From: Acidimicrobiia bacterium
Lineage (GTDB): Bacteria; Actinomycetota; Acidimicrobiia; IMCC26256; PALSA-555
Length of the DNA: 42,034 nt
Assembly (NCBI GenBank): GCA_022865365.1
Contig: JALHSW010000079.1
Span: forward strand, 1-42,034
Direction: 5' to 3'
The notes beneath the pieces were generated by a model, which was not told where the DNA came from, ran no database searches, and was given only the letters and a program-made list of their open reading frames with translations. Every line of letters starts with the position of its first letter. Position 1 is the first letter of the stretch. Positions 8,088 to 16,291 of this stretch are shown here, one piece after another. A program made the position numbers and the translations under genes.

Positions 8088-8759
8088 GTGCGCGTCCTCG
8101 GCGTCGACGGCTGCGTTGGCGGCTGGATCGTCGTCGAGCTCACCGACGACCGGGTCTCGGGCTGTCGGTTCGCCGCTTCCTTCGCGGAGATCGCGTCCGA
8201 TGCCGCGACGGTGATCGGCGTCGACATCCCACTCGGACATGCGATGAGCGGACCCCGTCAGGCCGACGTCGCCGCGAAGCTCGAGCTCGGGGCACGACGG
8301 AACTCCGTGTTCCACGCGCCGGCACCGACTGCGCTCGAGCAGCCCACGCACGCGGGAGCGAGTGCTGCACAGCGCTCCGCCACCGGATTGGGGCTCAGCA
8401 TGCAGGCCTGGCGCCTCGGACCGAAGATCCTCGAAGCGACCCCCACGTGGGCCGCGAATCCCGAGCGCGTTCGGGAGGTGCACCCCGAGGTCTCGTTCCA
8501 GACCCTCGCCGGCGGCTCACCGCTGCCGGGAAAGAAGACGTGGGCCGGCCACCGGACTCGGTGCGAGCTGCTGAGCGCCGCAGGGATCGAGGTCCCCGAT
8601 GACCCGGGCGAGGCCGGCGTTCATGGGTCCCCGGACGACGTGTGCGATGCCGCGGTCGTGGCGTGGACCGCGGCGCGGATCGCGCGCGGAGAGGCACTGA
8701 GCCTGCCCGAGCCGCCCGAGCACGACGCCGACGGCCACCCCGTCGCGATCTGGTACTGA
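8088..8759 (+). CDS. DUF429-family protein (predicted RNase H-like fold)
   Basis: From memory, the N-terminal (V)RVLGVDGCVGGWIVV motif and the length (223 aa) match DUF429. It starts 2 nt after the greA stop. Confidence 0.6.
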   Translation: MRVLGVDGCVGGWIVVELTDDRVSGCRFAASFAEIASDAATVIGVDIPLGHAMSGPRQADVAAKLELGARRNSVFHAPAPTALEQPTHAGASAAQRSATGLGLSMQAWRLGPKILEATPTWAANPERVREVHPEVSFQTLAGGSPLPGKKTWAGHRTRCELLSAAGIEVPDDPGEAGVHGSPDDVCDAAVVAWTAARIARGEALSLPEPPEHDADGHPVAIWY

Positions 8760-8766
8760 CCCGCTC

Positions 8767-10161
8767 GTGAGTGCCGTGCACGTCACCGCAAGTGCGTCGG
8801 CGCGCGATCAGCGTCGTGCCGCGGCCGGGCTCATCGAGCACGGGTACCACTCCGGTGACCGGGTCGCGATCGTCGCCTCATCTTCGAGCGAGTACCTCGG
8901 CGTGGTGCTCGGCGCGCTGCGGGTCGGGATCGTGCCTGTCCTGCTCAACCCTGCCCTCACCAGGCGCGAGCTCACCGTGCTCCTCACCGACGCCGATCCA
9001 GTCACGACCCTCCACGACGCCGACCTCATCCGACTCGTCGCCACCGAGCACGAGATCGATCTGGCGGACGCGCCGCTCGCCCGACCGATGCTGTACACGT
9101 CGGGAACGACCGGCTCACCCAAAGGTGTGTGGTCCGGTGTGCTCGAGGAGCGCGCTGCGGCAGCCGCGCTGGCCGAGGAGCGCGAGCTGTGGGGCTTCGC
9201 GCCCGACGACGTCCACCTCGTCGTGTCGCCGCTGTACCACTCGGCTCCCTTGCGCTTCGCTGCGGGCACCCTGCTGGCCGGAGGTGAGGTCGTCGTGCCC
9301 GGCCCATTCGATGTCGAGTCCCTGGCCGCGACGATCAGCGCCGTGCGGCCGACGAGCACGTTCGTCGTGCCAACCCACCTACGTCGGCTCCTCGCGTCGT
9401 CCGATCGCCCGCCGCTCGGTTCGTTCCGCCTGGTCGCGCACGCAGGCGCCCCGTGCCCGGCGCCGCTCAAGCGCGCCGCGATCGACGCGTTCCCGACCGG
9501 GTCGGTGTGGGAGTTCTACGGATCGACCGAGGGGCAGTTCACCGCGTGTGGACCAGATGAGTGGCTGGCACGCCCGGGCACCGTCGGACGTGCTCGACCG
9601 GGGCGTCGCCTCCACATCGAAGCCTCACCCCTCGAGGATCAGGCCGCCGAAGATCAGATCGCCGAGAAGGCAACCGGCGTGATCTGGTGCGACGCCCCGG
9701 AGTTCGCGCGCTTCGAGTACTGGCGTGACCCGGTTCGGACCGCAGCCGCGTGGCGAGGCGGCGCGTTCAGCGTCGGCGACCTGGGGCGCCTCGACGACGG
9801 GTATCTGTTCATCGACGGTCGCCGGGATGACCTCCTCATCACCGGCGGCGTGAACGTCTACCCACTCGAGATCGAGCACGTGCTACTCGAGCACCCCGAC
9901 GTGCGGGACGCGGCGGTGTTCGGCGTACCCGACGACGACTGGGGCCAACGGGTCTGTGCCGTAGTCGTCGCCGAGGTCGAGCCCGACGAGCTCGCCACAT
10001 GGCTCCGCGATCGGCTCGCGCCCCACAAGCGCCCGAAGGAGATCATCCGAGTCGACGACATCCCGGTGTCGCCCACCGGAAAGGTCCGGCGGTCGCGCCT
10101 CGCCGCCGACCTCGGTCTCACCGTCGACCCCCGCCCCGACCCAGACCCCGGAGGGTGCTGA
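8767..10161 (+). CDS. AMP-dependent synthetase/ligase (acyl-CoA ligase family)
   Basis: It has the YTSGTTGSPKGV AMP-binding motif, the C-terminal GRRDDLLITGGVNVYPLEIE, and the K of PTGKVRR. At 464 aa it is somewhat short at the N-terminus. Confidence 0.85.
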   Translation: MSAVHVTASASARDQRRAAAGLIEHGYHSGDRVAIVASSSSEYLGVVLGALRVGIVPVLLNPALTRRELTVLLTDADPVTTLHDADLIRLVATEHEIDLADAPLARPMLYTSGTTGSPKGVWSGVLEERAAAAALAEERELWGFAPDDVHLVVSPLYHSAPLRFAAGTLLAGGEVVVPGPFDVESLAATISAVRPTSTFVVPTHLRRLLASSDRPPLGSFRLVAHAGAPCPAPLKRAAIDAFPTGSVWEFYGSTEGQFTACGPDEWLARPGTVGRARPGRRLHIEASPLEDQAAEDQIAEKATGVIWCDAPEFARFEYWRDPVRTAAAWRGGAFSVGDLGRLDDGYLFIDGRRDDLLITGGVNVYPLEIEHVLLEHPDVRDAAVFGVPDDDWGQRVCAVVVAEVEPDELATWLRDRLAPHKRPKEIIRVDDIPVSPTGKVRRSRLAADLGLTVDPRPDPDPGGC

Positions 10162-10173
10162 CGCTCCTCGGCA

Positions 10174-12966
10174 CTATCGACGCCGCGTGAGCGTCCGGCG
10201 CCGAGGCGACACGCCGCCAGTGACGGCGACGACGATCGCGTCCTTCACGTCGGCATCGAGCTTGCGGCCCGTCCGGTCGGTGAGCTCGAAGCGGTCGACG
10301 GCTCGCCCGTCGGTGGTGACCAGGCGCGCCGAGTGGACGTCGGCACCGGCCGACGCCAATCCGACGGTGATCATGTGCAGCAAGCCGCGCCGATCGGGGC
10401 TTCGCACCTCGCACAGCGTGTACCAGGGCGAGGCGGAGTCGTCGAAGATGACCGTGGCATCGGGGTTGGCCGGCGAGGTGAGCGGCCGATCGAAGGCGGC
10501 GACGATCTCCAGCTCCAGCCGGTCCGACTCGGGCGCTCGCGCCCGCGCGATCTGCCCGTCCTCGATCTGCCCGTCCTCGATCTGGTCGTCGTCGAGCTGG
10601 GCGGGATCGAGGAGCGCACGTCGCACACGAAAGCTCTCGAGCGCGCCGCCGTCCTCCCACGTCGCGATCACGGCGTCGAGCACGTCGAGGCCCACGTCGG
10701 CGAGGACCCCGGAGACGGTCGCGAGCAGCGCCGGGCGGTCGCGAACCGCAACCTCCACCCGCCACTCGCTCACCGAGCCGGCGGTGCCACCAGACGAGGC
10801 ATCGATCGCCACGATGCCGACCCGCGCGCGGTTGCGGGAGGGCAGTGGTTCGAGCAACGCGGCCTGACGCGCCACATCGGCCGCCTCCTGGGTGAGCATG
10901 TAAGCGCGGGGTGCGTGTCGGATCCGGTCGGCCACGTTGGTGTCCCCTGCGGCGAGCCGAATCGCCTCGGCCCGTCGCCGCTCCACCAGGTTCCGCGCAT
11001 CGAGCCCGGTGAGCGACAGTCGGTCGAGCACCGTCAGGACGAGGTCGAGCAGCTGATCGAGACGGCCGCGATCCCATGACTCGAGGTCGTTGATCGCAAC
11101 CGTGAGCACGTAGAGCGCACGAGCACGCTCGGCCGTGTCGAGATGCGCGGCGATCTGCAGCACGCGCTCCTCGTCGAGCCCGTCGAGGCGCGACGCCGAG
11201 GCCCGGAGCAGCTCCGAGTCCCCCACCAAGAGGGCGATCTCCTGCTCGGCTGCGGCACCGAGATCGAGGCGGTGTACGAGCAGCCGGGCGATCTCGACCG
11301 GTGGCGTGTCGTCGCCGGCCGCGTCGAGGATCAACGCCCCCAGCACGAGCCATTCGGGATGCTCGAGCAGGGCGTGCTCCGCCCCGGCACGTCGGTCGTC
11401 GCTCACGACCTCGCGAACGCGTTCGACCAGCGCGAACGTCAGGACGTGCGCGGGCTCGAGCACGAACGGATCGGCCCGGCGGCGGTCGACCGCGTCGGCC
11501 AGCTCGGGGAGCGCGCGCTCGAGCAGCCCGGTGGTCTCGAGGAATCGCCACGTGCGCGGTGTGCCTCGACGCAGCACGTCGAACAGCGCGGCGGTTGCGG
11601 CGTCGTCCCAGCGCAGCGGTACGTCACCCAGGCTGCCGAGCCAGTCGAGCAGCCGCGAACCGGGTTGGGTGGCGTCACCCACGAGGAGGGCGGCGTCGAG
11701 CCCGACGTGCAGCGCCCGCGCGCTGGGTGGTTGCGCGGCGAGGTCCACGACGCCGTCGCGCACGACGAGCCACCCGAGCTCGGGCATCGGCTCGGCCGAC
11801 GCTTCGGCGCCACGGTGGGATCGGAGCCGTTTGAGCCGCGACCGCAGCAGCGGCGGCGCGAGGAGCGTGGTCGCGAGCACGACGAGCAGCAGTGCCGCGT
11901 CGAGGTCGCGCCCCAGGACACCCTGCTGGAGGCCGATCGTCGCGAAGATCAGTCCGACCTCGCCGCGCGGGATCATGCCGAACCCGATCAGCCACTTGTC
12001 GCCGGGAGATCCGACCGCCCCGACCGCGGCGATCAGCTTCCCCACCACCGCCACCACGAACAGCACTGCGGCCACACCCAGCACATCGGGCGACACGAAC
12101 TGGCCGACGTCGACTGCGATCCCGATCTGGAGGAAGAACACCGGGATGAAGAGATGCCCGACGGGTGCGAGCTCGCGCTCGATCCGGTCCTTCACGGTGC
12201 TGCGCGAGAGCGCGACCCCGGCGACGAACGCCCCAACGATCGGCGCGAGCTGGGCTGCCTCGGCGAGCTCCGCGAACCCGAGCGTGAACGCCAACGCGAG
12301 CGCGACGAGCGTGCCGGCCGAGCGCGAGCGCCGGTGCAACCACTCGAATGCGGGGGGCGCGATCTTGGACCCCAGCGCCGTGGCGACGACCAGGAATGCA
12401 ACCGCGATCCCCACGATCACGAGGACGCTGCCGATCGAGATCGTCCCTTCCGAGACGATGCGCACGACCACGGTGAGGATCACCAGGCCGAGCACGTCGT
12501 CGGCCACCGCGGCGCCGAGCACCGTGCGGGCCTCGACGGTCGCCAGCGCCCGAAGATCGCTGAAGACCCGGGCGGTGATGCCGACGCTCGTCGCCGCGAG
12601 CGCCGCGCCGAGGAAGAGTGCGGTGTTGTCGCTGTAGTCGAACGCCTCCGCCACTGCGAAGCCGGTGGCCATGGGCACGATCACCCCGATGACCGCGACG
12701 GTGAGCGACGATCGGCCCACCGCACCCAGCTCGCCGAGGTTCATCTCGAGGCCGACCTGGAGCAGCAGGAGGATCACGCCGATCTCGCCGAGCACGGCCA
12801 GGGTCTCGTTGAGCCCGACCAGGCCGAGCACCGACGGCCCGATGATCACACCTGCGACGATCTCGGCCACCACGCCGGGGATCCCGACGCGTTCGGCGAG
12901 CTCGCCCGCGACCTTGGCCGCGACGAGCACGATCAGGATGTCGAGCAGTACCGCGCCGACGTCCAC
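10174..12966 (-). CDS. CPA2 cation:proton antiporter fused to a GlnD-like (degenerate HD) region and two ACT domains
   Basis: The N-terminal ~385 aa form a Na+/H+-exchanger-type membrane domain (ILIVLVAAKVAGELAERVGIPGVVAEIVAGVIIGPSVLG). The middle region resembles the GlnD HD region, but LILDAAGDD replaces the usual HD signature. The C-terminus has two ACT-like units (WRVEVAVRDRPALLATVSGVLADVGLDV and YTLCEVRSPDRRGLLHMITVGLASAGADVHSARL). Confidence 0.85.
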   Translation of the reverse strand: MDVGAVLLDILIVLVAAKVAGELAERVGIPGVVAEIVAGVIIGPSVLGLVGLNETLAVLGEIGVILLLLQVGLEMNLGELGAVGRSSLTVAVIGVIVPMATGFAVAEAFDYSDNTALFLGAALAATSVGITARVFSDLRALATVEARTVLGAAVADDVLGLVILTVVVRIVSEGTISIGSVLVIVGIAVAFLVVATALGSKIAPPAFEWLHRRSRSAGTLVALALAFTLGFAELAEAAQLAPIVGAFVAGVALSRSTVKDRIERELAPVGHLFIPVFFLQIGIAVDVGQFVSPDVLGVAAVLFVVAVVGKLIAAVGAVGSPGDKWLIGFGMIPRGEVGLIFATIGLQQGVLGRDLDAALLLVVLATTLLAPPLLRSRLKRLRSHRGAEASAEPMPELGWLVVRDGVVDLAAQPPSARALHVGLDAALLVGDATQPGSRLLDWLGSLGDVPLRWDDAATAALFDVLRRGTPRTWRFLETTGLLERALPELADAVDRRRADPFVLEPAHVLTFALVERVREVVSDDRRAGAEHALLEHPEWLVLGALILDAAGDDTPPVEIARLLVHRLDLGAAAEQEIALLVGDSELLRASASRLDGLDEERVLQIAAHLDTAERARALYVLTVAINDLESWDRGRLDQLLDLVLTVLDRLSLTGLDARNLVERRRAEAIRLAAGDTNVADRIRHAPRAYMLTQEAADVARQAALLEPLPSRNRARVGIVAIDASSGGTAGSVSEWRVEVAVRDRPALLATVSGVLADVGLDVLDAVIATWEDGGALESFRVRRALLDPAQLDDDQIEDGQIEDGQIARARAPESDRLELEIVAAFDRPLTSPANPDATVIFDDSASPWYTLCEVRSPDRRGLLHMITVGLASAGADVHSARLVTTDGRAVDRFELTDRTGRKLDADVKDAIVVAVTGGVSPRRRTLTRRR
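10549..10593. repeat. in-frame 15-bp tandem repeat (2 identical copies plus 1 diverged) inside the antiporter-ACT gene
   Basis: The repeat is gatctgcccgtcctc x2, then gatctggtcgtcgtc. On the minus strand it encodes DDDQ-IEDGQ-IEDGQ-I in the linker between the two ACT units. Confidence 0.9.
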
Positions 12967-12972
12967 GAAGCG

Positions 12973-13458
12973 CTAGCTCGCCGGTTGCAGGAGGTACCCG
13001 CGGGAGCGGACGGTCCGAACCTCGAGTCCGAGCGACTCGATCCGCCTGCGGAACCGGACCATCTGCACGTCGAGCGCGTTGCGCGTCGGCACACCCTCGC
13101 GCCAGGCGCTGCGCGCCAGCCCATCTCGTCCGACGACGGCCCCGAAACGCTCGACGAGCAGTTCGGCGAGTGCTGCTTCGACGGGCGAGAGCGCGACCCA
13201 GCGACCGCCGAAGTGCAACAGCCCGGAGGCGTCGACGACCGGGCGCTCGACATCGCGCTCGGCTCGACGGTGCAGCGTGCTCACTCGGATCTGCACGTCC
13301 CGCGGATCGGCCGTAGTACGGGTCCAGTCCTCGAGCGGGTCGACGACCGGCGGGGGCTGGTCGTCGTCGTCGACGAGCAACAGCCGCGGGTGCCCGGAAG
13401 AGCGCAGCTGCTCCAGGCGCTCCTCCTCGTCCGGCCAGCGCACGATCTCGACCTCCAT
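12973..13458 (-). CDS. small OmpR/PhoB-type winged-helix transcriptional regulator (no intact receiver domain)
   Basis: The C-terminus (LSPVEAALAELLVERFGAVVGRDGL...RNALDVQMVRFRRRIESLGLEVRTVRSRGYLL) is a trans_reg_C-type wHTH. The start is at ATG 13458 (MEVEIVRWPD), giving 161 aa. Its stop lies 6 nt before the antiporter GTG (12966). It is divergent from leuC. Confidence 0.7.
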   Translation of the reverse strand: MEVEIVRWPDEEERLEQLRSSGHPRLLLVDDDDQPPPVVDPLEDWTRTTADPRDVQIRVSTLHRRAERDVERPVVDASGLLHFGGRWVALSPVEAALAELLVERFGAVVGRDGLARSAWREGVPTRNALDVQMVRFRRRIESLGLEVRTVRSRGYLLQPAS

Positions 13459-13479
13459 ACGAGATGAACGTACGGGCCG

Positions 13480-13500
13480 TGTGTTTCGCCTGTGTTTCGC
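13480..13500. promoter_or_regulatory. tandem direct repeat TGTGTTTCGC-c-TGTGTTTCGC (11-bp phasing), candidate operator
   Basis: Two perfect 10-mers (13480-13489 and 13491-13500) lie in the 123-bp regulator/leuC divergent intergenic region. OmpR-type winged-helix proteins typically bind direct repeats with about one helical turn of spacing. Confidence 0.3.
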
Positions 13501-13581
13501 GAAGGTGAACGGATCCTGCGCGTCCGGTTGCCGCGGCACCCGGACGGTGGTCATGCAGTCGTTGCGTGCCAGAATCGGTCT

Positions 13582-15003
13582 GTGGCCGCGACCCCGGACT
13601 CCCCGCCGAGCACGCTCGCCGACAAGGTGTGGGAGCGCCACGTCGTGCGACGGGCCGACGGCGAGCCCGATCTCCTCTACATCGATCTGCACCTGGTGCA
13701 CGAGGTCACGTCACCACAGGCCTTCGAGAGCCTGCGCATGCACGGTCGGGGTGTTCGCCGCCCCGACCTCACCGTGGCCACCATGGACCACAACGTGCCC
13801 ACGATCGACATCGATCAGCCCGTGGCCGACCCCATCTCCAAGAAGCAGATGGACGCACTCGCGAGCAACTGCGCCGAGTTCGGGATCCGCCTCGCCAAGA
13901 TGGGCGAGGCGGGCCAGGGCATCGTCCACGTGATCGGTCCCGAGCAGGGTCTGACCCTTCCGGGGATGACGATCGTCTGCGGCGACAGCCACACGTCCAC
14001 CCACGGCGCGTTCGGGGCGCTGGCGTTCGGCATCGGCACGAGTGAGGTCGAGCACGTGCTCGCCACCCAGACGCTCCCGCAGGCCCGCCCGGGGACGATG
14101 GCCGTCACGGTCGATGGGGAGATCCCCGCCGGGGTCACCGCCAAGGACATCGTCCTCTCGATTATCGCCCGCATCGGCACTGCGGGCGGGATCGGCTCGA
14201 TCATCGAGTACCGCGGGTCCGCGATCCGCGCCCTCTCGATGGAGGGCCGCATGACCGTGTGCAACATGTCGATCGAAGCCGGAGCGCGGGCCGGGATGGT
14301 CGCACCCGACGACACGACGTTCGCGTACCTCGAGGGGCGACCCTTCGCCCCGAGCGGTGCCGCCTGGGAGCAGGCGCTCGACGACTGGCGCTCGCTCGCG
14401 ACCGACGCCGGTGCCGGCTTCGGCGTCGAGGTCGAGATCGGTGCCGCGACGCTGCGCCCGGCGGTGAGCTGGGGCACCAACCCCGCCCAGACCGTGACCA
14501 TCGACGACGTCGTGCCCGACCCGTCGTCGATCCCCGACCCGAGCCAGCGAGAGTCCGCCACGCACGCGCTGCGCTACATGGGCCTGAAGGCCGGGACACC
14601 GATCCGCGACATCCCCGTCGACACCGTGTTCATCGGCTCCTGCACCAACGGCAGACTCGAAGACCTTCGTGCGGCCGCCGACGTCGCCCGGGGTCGCACG
14701 GTTCGGGACGGGATCCGCACGCTGGTGGTGCCGGGCTCCATGCGGGTCAAGGCGCAGGCCGAGGCCGAGGGGCTCGACCGGGTGTTCACCGATGCCGGCT
14801 TCGACTGGCGCGAGTCGGGCTGCTCGATGTGCCTCGCGATGAACCCCGACAAGCTCGCCACCGGCGAGCGTTGCGCGTCGACGTCGAACCGGAACTTCGA
14901 AGGCCGTCAGGGCAAGGGCGGGCGAACACACCTCGTCTCCCCCGCCGTGGCCGCCGCCACCGCGATCGCCGGCCACTTCGCCACCCCGGACGACCTGGCC
15001 TGA
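13582..15003 (+). CDS. leuC: 3-isopropylmalate dehydratase large subunit
   Basis: Motifs [52 protein letters not shown] and [12 protein letters not shown]. The start is set at GTG 13582 (473 aa). The track start 13492 adds an atypical 30-aa extension. Confidence 0.9.
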   Translation: MAATPDSPPSTLADKVWERHVVRRADGEPDLLYIDLHLVHEVTSPQAFESLRMHGRGVRRPDLTVATMDHNVPTIDIDQPVADPISKKQMDALASNCAEFGIRLAKMGEAGQGIVHVIGPEQGLTLPGMTIVCGDSHTSTHGAFGALAFGIGTSEVEHVLATQTLPQARPGTMAVTVDGEIPAGVTAKDIVLSIIARIGTAGGIGSIIEYRGSAIRALSMEGRMTVCNMSIEAGARAGMVAPDDTTFAYLEGRPFAPSGAAWEQALDDWRSLATDAGAGFGVEVEIGAATLRPAVSWGTNPAQTVTIDDVVPDPSSIPDPSQRESATHALRYMGLKAGTPIRDIPVDTVFIGSCTNGRLEDLRAAADVARGRTVRDGIRTLVVPGSMRVKAQAEAEGLDRVFTDAGFDWRESGCSMCLAMNPDKLATGERCASTSNRNFEGRQGKGGRTHLVSPAVAAATAIAGHFATPDDLA

Positions 15004-15005
15004 TC

Positions 15006-15614
15006 ATGGAACCTGTCGAGGAGATCGTCGGACGGGCGGTGCCGCTGAACCGGTCCGACGTCGACACCGACCAGATCATCCCGAGCGACTGGCTCAAGCG
15101 GGTCGAACGCACCGGCTTCGGCGAGGGGCTCTTCTCGGAGTGGCGCGAGAGCAGCGACTTCGTGCTCAACCGTCCGGAGTACCAGGGTGAGGACGTCCGA
15201 GTCCTGGTCGCCGGCCCGAACTTCGGGACCGGATCGTCGCGCGAGCACGCGCCGTGGGCGCTGGAGGACTACGGGTTCGACGCGGTGATCTCGTCGCGCT
15301 TCGCCGACATCTTCCGCAACAACTGCCTGAAGATCGGCCTCGTCCCCGTCGAGCTACCGCAGTACGTCGTCGAGCGCATCATGACTGCGATCGAGGACGA
15401 CCCGACCCTCGAGATCGTCGTCGACGTCGTCGATCGTCGCGTCGCGGTCCCGGCCCTCGACCTCGACGAGCCGTTCGCGCTCGACGACTTCCATCACCAC
15501 CGACTGGTCAACGGCCTCGACGACATCGGCATCACGCTGCAGTACGACGCCGATGTCGCGGCCTACGAGGCATCCCGCGCCGTCTGGCTGCCGACGGCCT
15601 CGCCCGGGACCTGA
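15006..15614 (+). CDS. leuD: 3-isopropylmalate dehydratase small subunit
   Basis: ATG 15006 lies 2 nt after the leuC TGA. Motifs VDTDQIIP and GPNFGTGSSREHAPWAL. In the track it is embedded in the longer same-frame ORF 14259..15614. Confidence 0.9.
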   Translation: MEPVEEIVGRAVPLNRSDVDTDQIIPSDWLKRVERTGFGEGLFSEWRESSDFVLNRPEYQGEDVRVLVAGPNFGTGSSREHAPWALEDYGFDAVISSRFADIFRNNCLKIGLVPVELPQYVVERIMTAIEDDPTLEIVVDVVDRRVAVPALDLDEPFALDDFHHHRLVNGLDDIGITLQYDADVAAYEASRAVWLPTASPGT

Positions 15615-15616
15615 CG

Positions 15617-16291
15617 TCACTGGGGCTTGGTCCCGCTCAAGAGCGCGATCTCGCGCCACTTGTAGTGACAGTCGACCTGCTCGAAGCCCAGGTCGCGTAG
15701 CCAACCGAGCTGAGCCTCGGCCGGCGCCAGCTTGTTCGACGGGTCGTCGTCCTCGGGCGTGGTGCCGACCGCGTCGAGGAACGCCTCGTGGAGCTCGCGC
15801 GTCGGGGATGCGACGTGCTCGAGATTGCAGAACACACCACCGGGCTCCAGCCGCTCGAGCACCTCGCCGTAGAGCATGCGCTTGCGCTCGTCGACCACGT
15901 GATGGATCGCGAACGCCGACACCACCGCGTCGAACCGACCCCAGTCGGCCGGGAGCGGCTCGTCGAGGTCGTGCTCGACGACGGCAACCTGTGGGGCCGC
16001 GGCGAAGCGCTCACGCGCTCGCCGGAGCATCGCGGCCGAGAAGTCACACGCGACCACCTCGACCCCGGGACGAGCGTCGAAGACCCGTCCGGCCACCAGG
16101 CCGTCGCCGCAGCCGAGGTCGAGCACGCGTCTCGACGCGGCGGGCACCCACTCCATCAGGTGCTCGTAGGCCGTGTCGCGCCACGGGAACGACGACCGCC
16201 GCGCTAGGTAGTCCGTCGCGTGGTCGGCGTTCGACCAGAGATTCACCGCTTCCGGATTGACCGTGTCGGGCCGTGTCCGGGACTGGCTCAT
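15617..16291 (-). CDS. class I SAM-dependent methyltransferase (Tam / trans-aconitate-methyltransferase-like architecture)
   Basis: It has the SAM motif VLDLGCGDGL and post-motif elements (DAVVSAFAIHHV, LEPGGVF). Its ATG overlaps the leuA stop in an ATGA (16291-16288). Confidence 0.8.
   Translation of the reverse strand: MSQSRTRPDTVNPEAVNLWSNADHATDYLARRSSFPWRDTAYEHLMEWVPAASRRVLDLGCGDGLVAGRVFDARPGVEVVACDFSAAMLRRARERFAAAPQVAVVEHDLDEPLPADWGRFDAVVSAFAIHHVVDERKRMLYGEVLERLEPGGVFCNLEHVASPTRELHEAFLDAVGTTPEDDDPSNKLAPAEAQLGWLRDLGFEQVDCHYKWREIALLSGTKPQ

Noticed and set aside
10549-10593. Short tandem repeats (here and at 35933-35962), considered as possible CRISPR or minisatellite arrays
   Set aside because: There are only 2-3 units of 15 bp with no spacers. 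Both sets are explained by coding sequence or by a duplication junction. No cas genes are present.
10118-13467. Long Arg/Pro/Gly-rich ORFs (10118..11551 minus, 11135..12637 and 11143..13467 plus, and others) overlapping the antiporter gene
   Set aside because: They are low-complexity Arg/Ala/Pro translations in alternative frames of a gene with a clear membrane domain and ACT domains. They are high-GC frame shadows.
13464-13508. Mini-[17 protein letters not shown] upstream of leuC, as a possible third leader peptide
   Set aside because: It contains no Leu codons. No terminator hairpin or U tract follows it. It simply overlaps the TGTGTTTCGC direct repeats, so a protein operator is the better explanation.
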